DNA of 62,957 nt, filler included, from Choristocarpus tenellus KU-1152 (Eukaryota > Protista > Phaeophyceae): the NCBI GenBank assembly GCA_964200185.2. It is 9 parts of 9 records of this genome, joined end to end, with 100 filler letters (N's around TTAATTAATTAA, not from the genome) between each part and the next. Parts side by side here need not be neighbours in the genome. Positions count along the whole stretch, not along the records: positions 12,622 to 23,981 come from CAXNAD020002369.1; positions 24,082 to 26,581 come from CAXNAD020027302.1; 7 more parts are not named here. One strand, given 5' to 3'. The notes under the pieces are model-generated. The model made no database searches and was not told the origin of the DNA. It saw only the letters and a program-made list of their open reading frames with translations. Position numbers and translations under genes: made by a program. The stretch's first letter is position 1. Every line of letters begins with the position of its first letter. Of the stretch, positions 12,522-24,196 are shown piece after piece.

Positions 12522-14037
12522 NNNNNNNNNNNNNNNNNNNNNNNNNNNNNNNNNNNNNNNNNNNNTTAATTAATTAANNNNNNNNNNNNNNNNNNNNNNN
12601 NNNNNNNNNNNNNNNNNNNNNCTTTTCCCACTTAGGTCGACAAAAACCCGATCCAGCTTTCTTACCGCCCTTGAAGACGTGCTGGACCGAACGCCCTTCC
12701 GTATGCTAGACCGGACGCCCTTCCGTATGCCCTTGGACATAGAGCAGCCCGCACATGGCTCCAGCTCACCTACCAATGTAATGCCCATCGAAGTGGTGGT
12801 GGACTTGAGCAATGCCTCGTGTCCGTGGCCATAAGAGCGGTGGAAGAGGTTAATGTCGATCTCCGTGTGGGGAGCGTGGGGTGCAAGCGAGGGGGCTATA
12901 GTGTGGCCTTTAAAGCAAGTTCAGCATTTCGATCTAGTCGCGGCAGTATGCGTTGACCATGGAGGGTGTAGTGGCAACCAGGATCTCTTGTGCAGGTAAG
13001 TACTCCATCTAATAGCGAGAATGTGCTGGCTGTGAAAATGTCTTTAGCACCCTTTTCAGCTGCTGCTTGGCAAGAGAAAAGGTTGAACCCGAGATCAGGG
13101 ACATGGGCAACGTTTTGAAGGAGTATTTCTACCTCTTTGTTGTCACATGACAGAAACAAGATGGTTAGATCACCATGATCAGTGATGCAAAAGGAATTTT
13201 GGTTGGCAGTGACTATCCTTTGGTCTCCAACGCAAGGCTTATAATTAGTCATGGAGTTTACCGTATTTGTTATGTGACATGAAGCTGCACTGTCCAAGAT
13301 CCATTCTTCTCTCTTGCGGCTAACCCCAACACTTGACACCAAACATTCGTTTGCCCCACACTTGCCTGGAGCATTGCTGCTCGGAGAGTCCTCAGTGGTG
13401 ACCAGTAGTGCGTATCGCTCGTTGTCGCCACAGCTGGGTGTACTTTCCACAGTAATGTGGAAAGGATTCGCCTCAGTCTTGATCTCTTCCTTCCCAGACT
13501 GCACCGTAGTCAAGAACACCGAAGTGCATGTTGTTGCATCATGGGCACGTCCACCACACTTGGTGCAAATGTGGTTTGAGCAAGCTGACTTCTCGTGTCC
13601 ATGCTTACCGCATCTCTCACAAGGAATCTTCTCGGAACGTTTTGGGTTGGAATTAGAACCATGTTTCTTTCTTCCACCATTAAATTTACGTTCGGCCCCG
13701 CGACCTTGGCCATTGCGATGAGCTGTTAACGACCAAAGCATGGCTGTTCTTGTGTCTTGAGTCTTTCCCCCTGATGAAGGGAAGCGTATCATTCTCTAGC
13801 AGTTTTCTCTATGTCTGCTCGACATAGTGTTCTCTGTGAGGCCATCATGCGTATCTCGGTATCGTAATCTGATCTGAGAGCACTCAGGAACCGTGGGAGC
13901 AGCAGCTTGTCCGAGATGATCAGGTCCATTGATAGCATCCCCCCCCGTAGCTCTTCCAGGTGGTTTAAGGTCAGGATTGGATTCGTCCCCTTCTCCACCT
14001 TTGAAGTGAAAAACTCACGGAACAAATGTTGGCTATT

Positions 14038-14293
14038 GAGCCAAAGTATCTTAGAGGGTAGAGTCGTGTCCATTTGGGGGCCAAAACCCAATATTTCGAT
14101 TTTGATGTAATTTTGGCTATTGCGATTGTTAGGAAGTGTCAATATCCTTGTTCAGACACACCTTTTCACAACGCAGGCATTTTACCTACTCGAAACAGTT
14201 TGGAGTAGGAAAATGGTTTTTAAAACCCATGAGAAGCCAAGTCCCAAACGGACAAAAAGAGCAAAATTCGTACCTTCAAAGCTACTTTCACTG
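14038..14293 (+). mobile_element. MITE family A inserted in Copia gag, TSD ATT
   Basis: TIRs with ATT on both flanks. Excision restores FRAIDVWFMPNTVG-NSQHLFREFF. Confidence 0.93.
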
Positions 14294-15014
14294 ATTACCC
14301 ACTGTATTAGGCATGAACCAAACATCTATTGCTCGAAAAAGATCGCTCGGGCTTTGGTGTGTATAACACAGTGCCCTGGTGGCGGGTGCAACGAGAGCAA
14401 CAGTAAGTGCATGGTAGGCCTCTTCGGCCATCCAGATATCATTCGCACTGAAGCCGTCCAAGAGGAGTTCCTCGTAGGAGCGTTCTTGATTGACTGGTCA
14501 TTCACTTGTCAACGCATCCAAACAGTGAGTATATCGGCAATGCACAATGAAACGCCTCCGCCAGTCCCGGTAGTCCAAGTCGTCCAATAGTGTCGGTGGT
14601 TGGGTTCTTGATCTCTTCGTCGTAGGGCAAACAATAAGTGCGCCTGACCCCAAGCTCTCCGAAGAACGGGACCTCCGGCTTGCTCCACTTCTGATGCTCG
14701 CTTCATCCAAACTGTTTCCCCTCTCTGGGAAATTTTCCCTCAACATGGGTTCCACGGGACCCACTTCGACAGCCGGAGGCTGTGTGCTGGGCACAGCAGC
14801 CTGGACGACAGGATGATTTCCGTCCCCGACTCTTTCAGACTGAACCATGAGATTGCCAACGTTTCTTGACAACTCCACTACCGTCGCCATAAGCTGTCTG
14901 AATTCTTGGACAGATGGGCCCTCGGAAGGAACAGGTTCCCGCAATTCTTGAATCGCATCTCCTCGTGTAGACATGATGATATTATGGGTTAGAAACCTAA
15001 GGTTCAATATATTG

Positions 15015-15284
15015 TGTTAAACTATCTCCCAAATCATCAAAGAGGATAAAGGTGGTAAACCCAGAGAGATTGCTTGGTGTCTGTAGAGTGATTGATTAAA
15101 GGTACGTGGAGCGCATGCAACACCCCCATAAAATCAGAAATATTTCCTTCTATATGAGAAAAATTCTCATACAATTAGTCACTAGTAAAAGGTTCTGACA
15201 ACTCAACCACTAATTGATTGTTCCGTTACTCCATACATATTTTACCTTAACTGTCCGATAGAGTTGGAAGAGTCTAATCGAACA
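15015..15284 (-). repeat. Probable 5' LTR of the minus-strand Copia
   Basis: TGTT...AACA termini. Its first ~70 bp (TGTTCGATTAGACTCTTCCAACTCTATCGGACAG) recur at 58583-58652. Confidence 0.7.
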
Positions 15285-15398
15285 TTTCCACCACTATTTG
15301 CAAGCAGCCCGACCGATTCTGAAGCACCCTATTTACCCTGAAGGTGCGCCCTGGAGTGTTCAGCTTCAGGGAACTTAGCCACCGTAGCCATAGGAAGC

Positions 15399-15960
15399 AT
15401 GACCCCCACACCCACCTCGACAATATCTACTACGTCAACTGCCCAACGAACTAGTCAAGTATGGATATCTGCGCTGCTATGGCACCCTCGCAAAGTCCGC
15501 TCGAGAATGCCTGTACAGATACTCCTTGACACAGGTACAGGAAGTGGGAACTACATTTCGTCTGCTTCTTGGCGCAGTACTACTCTCTGGGGAGGTAGCA
15601 CCGGCCTACCGCACCTTAATCAAACAGGTAAAGGTACGTTGCAAGCGGAAAATCCGAAAGGATGCAGTATTCCACCCGTGCAGGTACTAGGGTCCTGCAT
15701 ACTGCCAATATTGTTTCCCCCAGAGGATAGAGTGCGCAATGTAACATTCAGAGTAGTGGAAGGCTTACCTTACGGGATGGTTCTGGGAGCCGCATTCTGT
15801 AGGTAGCTCAAGAGCATACTGTCATTTAGAGGGGGGGAAGGCTTTCGACCAGCTCCAAACTCACCATGGATAACTTTTGTTCGAGCTGTGATACCCCGAT
15901 CTCGTGATAACAATGCACCCCTGTCAGCCCTAGGAGAATGGCAAGAATCAATGACACCCA
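15399..15960 (+). mobile_element. Gypsy-type aspartic protease fragment
   Basis: ILLDTGTGSGNYIS ... FRVVEGLPYGMVLGAAF gives the DTG catalytic motif and the xLG motif. Confidence 0.75.
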
Positions 15961-16029
15961 CAACCCGGCCATCCAAGTACCACAGACTGCCTCTTAATAA
16001 ACTCAGAGCAGCTGGATGTAGAGAATCCC

Positions 16030-16776
16030 TGTTAAAACATAGGCTACTCATTTGTTTCTTGTTAATATGAACATAAACTACCAGCTTGTACTGACTGTTG
16101 ATTGGTGCACTGTACTGGTCGTTAGTGTTCATTAATTTATTGCGCATCCCAACTCATCATCACATCGATGACAGTAGATAGAAGTATAGCATCAGTTGAT
16201 ATTCAGTTGATCCATATCACACACAGGAACATCATAGCACACGTCATCCAAGTTACTTCGGAACTTGCATCAAGTGCATTCCACTGTTACCTTGTGTTCC
16301 TTTTTTTATATTTTGTTGTTGTCTGCCATCTCTGTTCTTTTTATATGCACAAGACCCCAGATGCGCGGTAATTTTTATTATTTTTTATTGATTGTCATTG
16401 TCCCCTCACTGAGCACCTCAAGCTCACTCTGAAAAATACCCCTGACGCACACTTGGATGTAATACACACAGAGTTAAAACCATCTACTGAAACCCTTGTC
16501 AGCCAAGGAAACAAGCCTCTTCACAGAGCATGGACTTCTTTCACTGAGTACATCATGAAATAACACTGAATTCACATTACATCATTCTTGACTGAGAGAT
16601 CAATGACTTCAGTTGCAACAGAACAAATACATCAGTGCTTTGCTTCGCAACCACATCTACTCTTACCTCAGACTACGCATCCTACTCATCGGTGCTTTGC
16701 AACACCATGATTCCTCGTCACTCGTAGTCTACGTATTTCGCTTACATATACAATGCATTCGATTCAGGTTTCAACA
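16030..16776 (+). repeat. 5' LTR of the plus-strand Copia
   Basis: TGTTAAAAC...TTCAACA. Homologous inverted fragments lie at 18823-19235 and 24082-24196. Confidence 0.85.
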
Positions 16777-16790
16777 GGTTATAAGCCTCA
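16777..16790 (+). promoter_or_regulatory. Putative primer-binding site
   Basis: GGTTATAAGCCTCA directly after the LTR resembles the GGTTATGRGCCC primer site complementary to an internal part of initiator tRNA-Met, used by some Copia elements. Confidence 0.55.
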
Positions 16791-16889
16791 ACACTTGATC
16801 GACACATACTACACCCAATCCTCCCGACCCTCTCTTGTACTGTCCCCATTTTTCCCTCTCACCCCACTAGATACCTTCACAACCTCGTC

Positions 16890-18290
16890 ATGGAACGCAC
16901 CCTCAAACTTCCCGTCTTCACTGGCGACGACTCCTGCTGGGACGCCTTCAAACTTGACTTCGTGGGTATCCTGAGCTGTGTTGCACCCAACGCTCATAAA
17001 GTTCTGGTCCAGCGCCCTCCACGTCCCACCGCTACCACCGATTCACCCACCACCACCTACGACGAGGACAACGACCAGCTCTTCAGCATCCTTCTTGCTA
17101 CCTGTCGTGGACCCGCCAAGGACCTACTACATAGACTCCAACATCAGGATGAGACCCAAATGAACAATGGGTTGTCCGCATGGCAGGCACTGAAGTCCAA
17201 GTACGAAGCGGCCACAGAACAAAGGATGCGTGCAGTTCATCGTCGCTTCGAGAACTGTACCATGGAGACTGGCGAAGACCCGAACCAATGGCTCCTACGC
17301 CTCTACAAGGCCAAGGCGGAATTAGAGGGCTTTGGTGAAAACATCAGTGATATTCGCCTGCGGGCTGCAATATCTCCGGATTGTCGCCTGACTACGATGC
17401 GCTTCGCAGCCAAGTACGCTTCCAGTCTGAGTACTCCACTGAGGACCTCACCACAGCCATTCGGGAAACTAATAACAACGACCTGAATGAACCTGGCTGA
17501 CTCCTCCATTGACGGTGCTCCTAACCTTGCTCTGTCCGCCAAGACACGCCCCTGCCGACGCTGCAAGCAACCTGGTCACCATCATCGCCGCTGTCCCAAC
17601 CGCCCCTCCACTTCAGACCCACTCCCACCTGCTCACACCCCACCTGCTCTCACCCCCTACCCACCTACTGGCATGTGATGCTCCTTCCACATGTCATTCA
17701 CACACACTGACCAAGAATACCGCGCCCAAAAACGCCACCTTTCCCCACCGACCGTCCCCCATCCAACCAACACACCACCAACCATTCCCAACCAGACCAC
17801 CACCACTTCCATCACTACCTCAGCGCCATCAGATGGCTGGGGTCCAGATGCAACTGGTCACTACTCTTACTGCTTTTCCACCACCACAACACACCACACA
17901 ACCCCAGTCCAAGATCCACAACCAACCGAACTCACCTCCTTTATAATCGACTCCGGCTGCACAACCCACATGGCCGATCCCACTCTCCTTACCACCCATC
18001 ACCACTTCCTGTCCCATTTTACCACCATTGCCAACCCCATCACTGTCTCGGGTATTGGGAACCTGCACCTCACAGCACATCAGCAAGCTCTCTTCACAGA
18101 ATTGCTACAGCACCCCCCATCAAGGCCTTCACGCTCCACGTTCACTGTTCTGCTGGTACCTGGACTTGGTCGTCACTTGTACTCTGCATGTGCTGCGGCG
18201 ACTACTGGCTGGACCACCGTGATATCCCATTAACCGTACCTCATCAATGGCAAGACCCGCATACCACTACGAACTCTAGATTCCCCTGAC
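16890..18290 (+). mobile_element. Ty1/Copia gag, zinc knuckle and protease; frameshifted and truncated
   Basis: MERTLKLPVFTGDD...GLSAWQALKSKYE...METGEDPNQWL; CRRCKQPGHHHRRC; FIIDSGCTTHM; VLLVPGLGRHLYS. Confidence 0.9.
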
Positions 18291-18822
18291 GCACTCCCCA
18301 GATTCCCAAGATGCACTAGTACTCCAACTGGTGAACATGCGCAACCAGAGAAAGAACATGCAAGGTTTTTTATGTAGACCCAGAAGCAGGCACCTCAGAT
18401 GCGGATCCAGAGGCAGGTATCGCAGCAATAGATCTTACCCAGGACAAGGATCCTCTGACCCCATCACTGGAGAGTCCAGGTCTAGTACCCCTTCCGATAG
18501 AGGTAGCGTGGGAGGACGATGGGGCTCTGCAATGGGAATTGCGTTTGTCAGAAGTAGAACATGTAGAAGGGTTTGTCAGCAAAGTCTGCAAAGGATTCGT
18601 TAAGGGGGCACAACCACAATCCAGACAGTTGGTGCTGAGTGAGCCCTTATCAGGGTATAACCTGGCATTAGGAAATGCTGTCGGAGTTGCCAGAGGTGTA
18701 CAATGATGGAACCCATGAGCCCCCATCTATTGCAAGCTGGTAAATACGGGCAGTAACCCCAGTAGTGTCCAGGCAGGGCTGCCAGTTGCAAAGGCGATTG
18801 CTCTAAATACCCGCCCCCGCCC

Positions 18823-19235
18823 TGTTGAACCTGAATTGGAATGCATCGTACATGTAAGCAAAATGCGTAGACTACGAGCGATGAGGAATCATGGTATTGC
18901 AAAGCACCGATGAGTAATATGCGTAGTCTGTGTTGTGAATAGATGTGATTGTACTGCAAAGCACCAATGTATTTATTCTGTTGTAACTGAGGTCATTGAT
19001 CTCTCAGTCAAGAATGATGTGATATGAATTCAGTATTCTTGGTTGCTCAATCCAGAATGATGTCTGTTGTGAATTCAGTGTTCTTTCATGAGATACTCAA
19101 CGAAAGAAGTCCATGCTTTGTGGAGAGGCTTGTTACCTTGGCTGAGAGGGGTTTCTGTGGATGGTTTCAACTATTATGTCAGGGACAGATTCCTTTTTTG
19201 GGATCTCCGACACACACACTTGTGCATAAGACGCG
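18823..19235 (-). repeat. Inverted partial copy of the 16030-16776 LTR
   Basis: Reverse complement of ~16340-16776 (for example GGTCATTGATCTCTCAGTCAAGAATGATGT). No primer site follows it. Confidence 0.85.
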
Positions 19236-19553
19236 CGATCATATACAATTGCGCAATCCAACCACGTCATTTGAGCTCACCCATACAGACCAGTTCAACA
19301 AACCAACCACACCCATAAGATCCGGATTTGACCAAACAGNNNNNNNNNNTGGACTGTCAGAACGAAGAACCATTCCGATTCTGACTGATCCATTTCTTTG
19401 CTGTGACATTGCTCAGTCATTCGGGAAAATCTGTTGTGTTTTGAGGTTTTTGTTCTGTGCTGGATTTCTTCAACAGACTTTGAGATGTTGGGCCAAGACC
19501 TTTGATACTCGGTCTCACTCCGGTGATTGTGATTGCCCCCTTGAGCAGAGAAC

Positions 19554-22500
19554 TTGGCACCTTTGACACTTCCACAATGGTGCTCATGCCTAGTGTTCAA
19601 GGGGGCTAACACACGCCACATTATGTCTGACATTACCACTCCCACACCTACTGCCACATCTAATGCCAGCAGCAAGGAGAAGTCGGCTACAAGGAAAGGG
19701 AAGAAGGCAACCTTAAGCACGACAACTGATGGAGGTAATGAGGGGGGTATCATTAATGCCCAACCTCGACCGATTCCCACGTCTACATTGGTAGACAAAG
19801 GCACCCCTGGTGACTCGCTAGAGCAGGAAGGGATGGCGAAGCAGAGGCTGAGGGAAGGCCCTGCCCGTAATTCGGGCCTGAACCGGTTCAGCGTGTTGAC
19901 AGAAGATCACGAGGAAAAAGGCGAACACAGTGCGGTGGCGACGTTCGATACCCAGACGTACATGAATCGCCAACTCGTCTACGCCAAGAAGATTGTCGAT
20001 GAGGCGATGGAGGGGACTCCGCATGACCAAAGCTTGGTGGCAGTGGCCATGCAAACTTTAAATATTAATGTGAGTATATTGTCCCACCCTACCTCGACCA
20101 TATTCACTGGGGCTAGGTACTTGATCCCTTGATCATGATACATCTTCTCACAAGACTTACCCCATGAGTTCTGGAGCACAGGCTTCGTCCTATTCCCCTG
20201 TTGCCAAATTTCAAAAATGGGTTAGACTTGTCCCTCATATGTATCTACAACAACCACAAGAAGCGTTCAATTTGTCGGCTTTTATTGGTGATCAAAACAG
20301 GTACTGCCTGTCAGAAACCTCTATTGTTCCTCCAATGAACCCCTGCAGGGTAACATAGAACCACAGGAAGAGGGGGAATGAGAAATGAGAGAATATGGAG
20401 ATGCCCTGCTGATTCTGTTTCCCCGGAATCTATAGGGTTAGGAAGTCAAAGAAAACTAGGGACTTGGTGTTTTGGGCAGACTCAGATGTGTGAGAGAGCA
20501 AATAAGATCCAACACTTTAAACAATCAGGGTCAGCACACCAAAAGTTGCCACAAACAGGACATGTAACAACTGTTGCATCTGCTCTTTCCTTTTCCCCAC
20601 AACCTTTTTTGGGCATGAGTGACATTTCTTTTATACCTCAAATGTGTTGTTCCACTTTTTCCTACTGTTGGCACACATCAGCAATCCAACACTATTCTAA
20701 CTCCCCTCGCGTGCTGAATGTTTCATCTCACCGCGTAAGAATTCCTGGGTATGTCGAAAATGAACCTTTAACGAGTATTACTGTTGACACTGCTACTGAT
20801 ATTCCAGTAATATATCTCAGATACATTGAAGCCCACCCAACACTTTGCAAGGCACCCATTCGGGAGATTCCAGTAGGCACTCTGGATTTAAAAGGAGCAG
20901 GTGGTAGACCTCTCTCTCTGTTAATGGTTTCATTCAATTTACACTACAACTTGGTGGCATATCAATGCCTGTTCAAGCAGTGGTCATACCTAATCTGGGA
21001 GTAGATAAATTTTGTTGGATAACAGCATTATGTCGGCATTTGGGGCAGTGCTAGATTGGGATAGAGAGGAGATGTCGTTTAAAGGCAGTGATATATGCAT
21101 CCCAGCAAAACACGAAATTGTACCCCTTCCCATCTGTTCCCCCCCAAAAGATTTTTACCAGAATGGAAATGCATCTCATTTTTCAATTTCAGTAATTACA
21201 TCTGAATTTACTACTCCGGTGCACACAGTAAAAACGATATTCCTTCCTCCTGGCACGGAAATGCTTGTTTCAGTTTGTTCGCAGGCATTTTGAGGAACAG
21301 CTAGCGATGCAGTGGTGGAACCTATCATTTACACTGGCACAGACCTCCAGCATGAGGACGACATACATCCCCACTGGTATCACATAATAGTCAGTCGAAC
21401 CCTCTCTGTTGGGGAAGAAGATGGAGGATGTCTAGTCAAAATTGCTAATCTTTCACAAAAAGGGATCAAGTTACCAGCAAAATTTGTAGTTGGTCATGTT
21501 TCCCCTGTTTCAAAAACATATGTCCTGTCAGATACCACAGTAAGTGCAGTTGCAGCAACACCATCTACCCCCGAAGAACTGAAACAAGCTAGGGAGGAAT
21601 TGAAGTTGTTTTTTTCTGAGAAGGCTTTTACAAATACTCAACTGACACTGTCTGAACAAGAGGAATTACTAGATGTAGTGGCTAAATTCAGATCAGTCTT
21701 TTCATTGTCCGAAAATGAATTAGGTTGCTGCACCACTACTTCTGTTGAGTTTCCACTACAACCAGGCACTAAACCGGTTAGTAGACCACCGTATCGCGCG
21801 GCACCAAGAATACGCGACACTATTCGACAATGTGTAACTAATAAGGAGAAACAGAGTATTATAAAACCCTCATCTAGCCCATGGGCATCCCCTGTTACCA
21901 TTGTTGCCAAACCTGATGGGTCACCTCGATTCTGTGTGGATTTTAGAGGAACCATAAATAAACATTTGATACGTAACTCATGGCCTTTACCATCCATGGA
22001 TGAGTGTTTATCCACGTTGGGGGGTTCAAAACATTTATCTTGTTTAGATATCCAATCAGCCTACTGGCAACTACCGATCACTGATGAATGCGAACGACAA
22101 AAAAATGTCTTCATCACGCCGGATGGGAAATATGAGTTTCAGAGGTTACCATTCGGAGTACAAAATGCACCGTGGATCTTCCAACCCTTTGAGTGAAAGT
22201 ATCTCAGAGGGTACGAGTTTTGCCCTGTTTGTCCATTTGGGGTTTGGTTTCCCATGGGTCATTTTAAGACATTTCCCTACTCCAAAATATTTAGGAGTAG
22301 GTAAGATGTATACATTATGACAAGTTGTGTCCAGAACATGGACATTGACACTTCCTAACAAACACGATAGCCAAAATTACATCAAAACTGTAACATTGGA
22401 TTTTGGTCCCCAATTTGACATGGCTCTACCCTCTAAGATACTTTGACTCTTTATGTCTGAAAAAATTTCCAGTATCGGTCGTAGCTCAGGGTTGTTGGTA

Positions 22501-23940
22501 TATTTAGACGATATTGTTTTTGCCTCTCCATCATGGACACACCATAAACAATTGATCACTACAGTTTTGTCGATGTTACAAGATGTAGGGATTACGTTAA
22601 AGTCATCCAAGGCTCAATTTGGCTCAAAACAAATCCATTATTTGGGACAGATGTTAGCCCACAAGGAGCTGCTGTATCCTAAGCTCGTATTGAAGTTATA
22701 TTAGAGGTGCATCCTCCTCAAACTGTGAAAGGTTTACAATCGTTTTTAGGTTCGATGAACTTTGTTAGGAAGTATATTCCTCACCTAGCAACAGCAACAG
22801 AACCGTTGGTTGAATTGATTCGCCATAAACAGAAAGGAAATTCACAAAAAGAGAACACCTCAGTAAAATGAGCAAAGAAAGACCACAAGGATATCTCTTC
22901 TAGATGGAATCGACCACAGCAGACTGCTTTTGATGAATGCAAACGACTTTTATCTAGGGCTCCAGTGCTACACTTTCCTGATTTTTCTGAGGAATTTTTT
23001 ATTCATGTAGATGCCAGTGATGTTGGGACAGGGGCGTTTTTAGCGCATAAAATTGATTATGACAATTTTTATATAATTGCATACCATAGTGCCTTGCTTT
23101 CCCCCTCCCAACGTAAATATTCTGCCACACAAAAATAGTGCCTTGCAGTTATTCTGGCAATCCAACATTGGAGACCATACATTTGGGGTAAACATTTCAC
23201 AGTTATTACTGACCATTCAGCCTTACGGTGGCTGTATACGATGCAAGATACGTCCAATCTGTTAACTTGATGGGCCTTAGCTTTGCAAAGTTTTGACTTT
23301 AACGTCCTTCATAAGCCTGGCAGATTACATTACATCCCAGATATGTTGTCACGTCCTCAACTGGAAGAATTTTGTAAACATGAATCTGAACCAGCACCCC
23401 TAATCCCTATATGTCGAAATGTAGGTACAAAAACCACTGATGCAAGTTCTCAAGCAAGTAAGGTATACCCAGCCTATGAATTGTCCGTGGATCAACTAGG
23501 TGAAATTACAAAAGTGGCAAACGACTCTGAGCTCTTTGCAAGCTCCATCAATGTGTCCCCTGTAATTGATACGGAAGTTCTAGCCAAGGCCCAACATGAG
23601 CAGTTTGAAGCTTATTTTCAATACCTAGCAGACTCAAGCAATATAGCATTACCCACTAAGGAAGTAGCCTACACCATGTCATATTTTTTCACTCAAGAAC
23701 GAGAAAATAGACTTTTACTCTACTGGTCGTATCAACCTGGTCACCTTCGAAAAAACGGAGAATTTTGAGATCAGTTAGTAGCCCCAACGGAGGTTCAAGG
23801 TTTAATTTTAAACGCCCTACATGACCATAAAGTTGCCGGCCATCTTGCTTTAAAAGACGTCTTTGATCGGGTTCGCGACAGATTTTGGTGGCCAACCTTA
23901 CATAAAGACGTGAGGAAGTGGTATGAAACTTGCCAGTCTT
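19554..23940 (+). mobile_element. Ty3/Gypsy element (gag-like, protease, RT, RNase H, integrase zinc finger), degenerate
   Basis: Protease VDTATD; RT SSPWASPVTIVAKPDGSPRFCVDFR, LDIQSAYWQ, RLPFGVQNAP and VYLDDI; RNase H VDASDVGTGA and ITDHSAL; integrase HDHKVAGH...RFWWP...CQS. The domain order PR-RT-RH-INT is that of Gypsy. Confidence 0.95.
22191..22449 (-). mobile_element. MITE family A inserted in Gypsy RT, TSD TTT
   Basis: GAGTGAAAGTATCTCAGAGGGTA...TACCCTCTAAGATACTTTGACTC with TTT on both flanks. Excision gives NAPWIFQPF-MSEKISSIGRSSGLLVYLDDI in frame. Confidence 0.96.
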
Positions 23941-23981
23941 GGCTCAAAGTATCTGGGAGGGGGTGGCGGCAGTCCATTTGG
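23941..23981. mobile_element. MITE family B left end, inserted in Gypsy integrase and cut by the contig end
   Basis: GGCTCAAAGTATCTGGGAGGGG...GTCCATTTGG. Confidence 0.85.
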
Positions 23982-24081
23982 NNNNNNNNNNNNNNNNNNN
24001 NNNNNNNNNNNNNNNNNNNNNNNNNTTAATTAATTAANNNNNNNNNNNNNNNNNNNNNNNNNNNNNNNNNNNNNNNNNNNN

Positions 24082-24196
24082 CAATAGATAAATGAACACT
24101 AACAACCAGTGCAGTGCACCAATCAAAAGCAAGTACAAGCTGGTAGTATTGTGTATCATATCAACAAGAAACAAATGAGTAGCCTATGTTTTAACA
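24082..24196 (-). repeat. Start of a Copia LTR (same family as 16030), inverted
   Basis: Reverse complement of 16030-16143. Confidence 0.85.

Larger units (their letters stand above)
12622..15284 (-). mobile_element. Ty1/Copia element, 5' half (LTR, gag, zinc knuckles, protease, start of integrase), cut by the contig end
   Basis: gag MSTRGDAIQEL; knuckles CERCGKHGHEKSAC and CTKCGGRAHDATTC; protease WILDSAASCH; integrase zinc region HRSYGH...CAGCSMSK followed by RVFVDLSGK. Confidence 0.93.

Noticed and set aside
12680-12735. IRKGVRSS peptide repeat in the Copia integrase
   Set aside because: A simple 24-bp local duplication in a dead element.
22191-22449. MITE-A as an introner (intron-generating element)
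   Set aside because: The obvious GT (AAA|GTATCT) and AG (CTCTAAG|ATAC) in the TIRs would leave 23 extra nt including the TSD and so shift the frame. No copy forms a whole intron of an intact gene.
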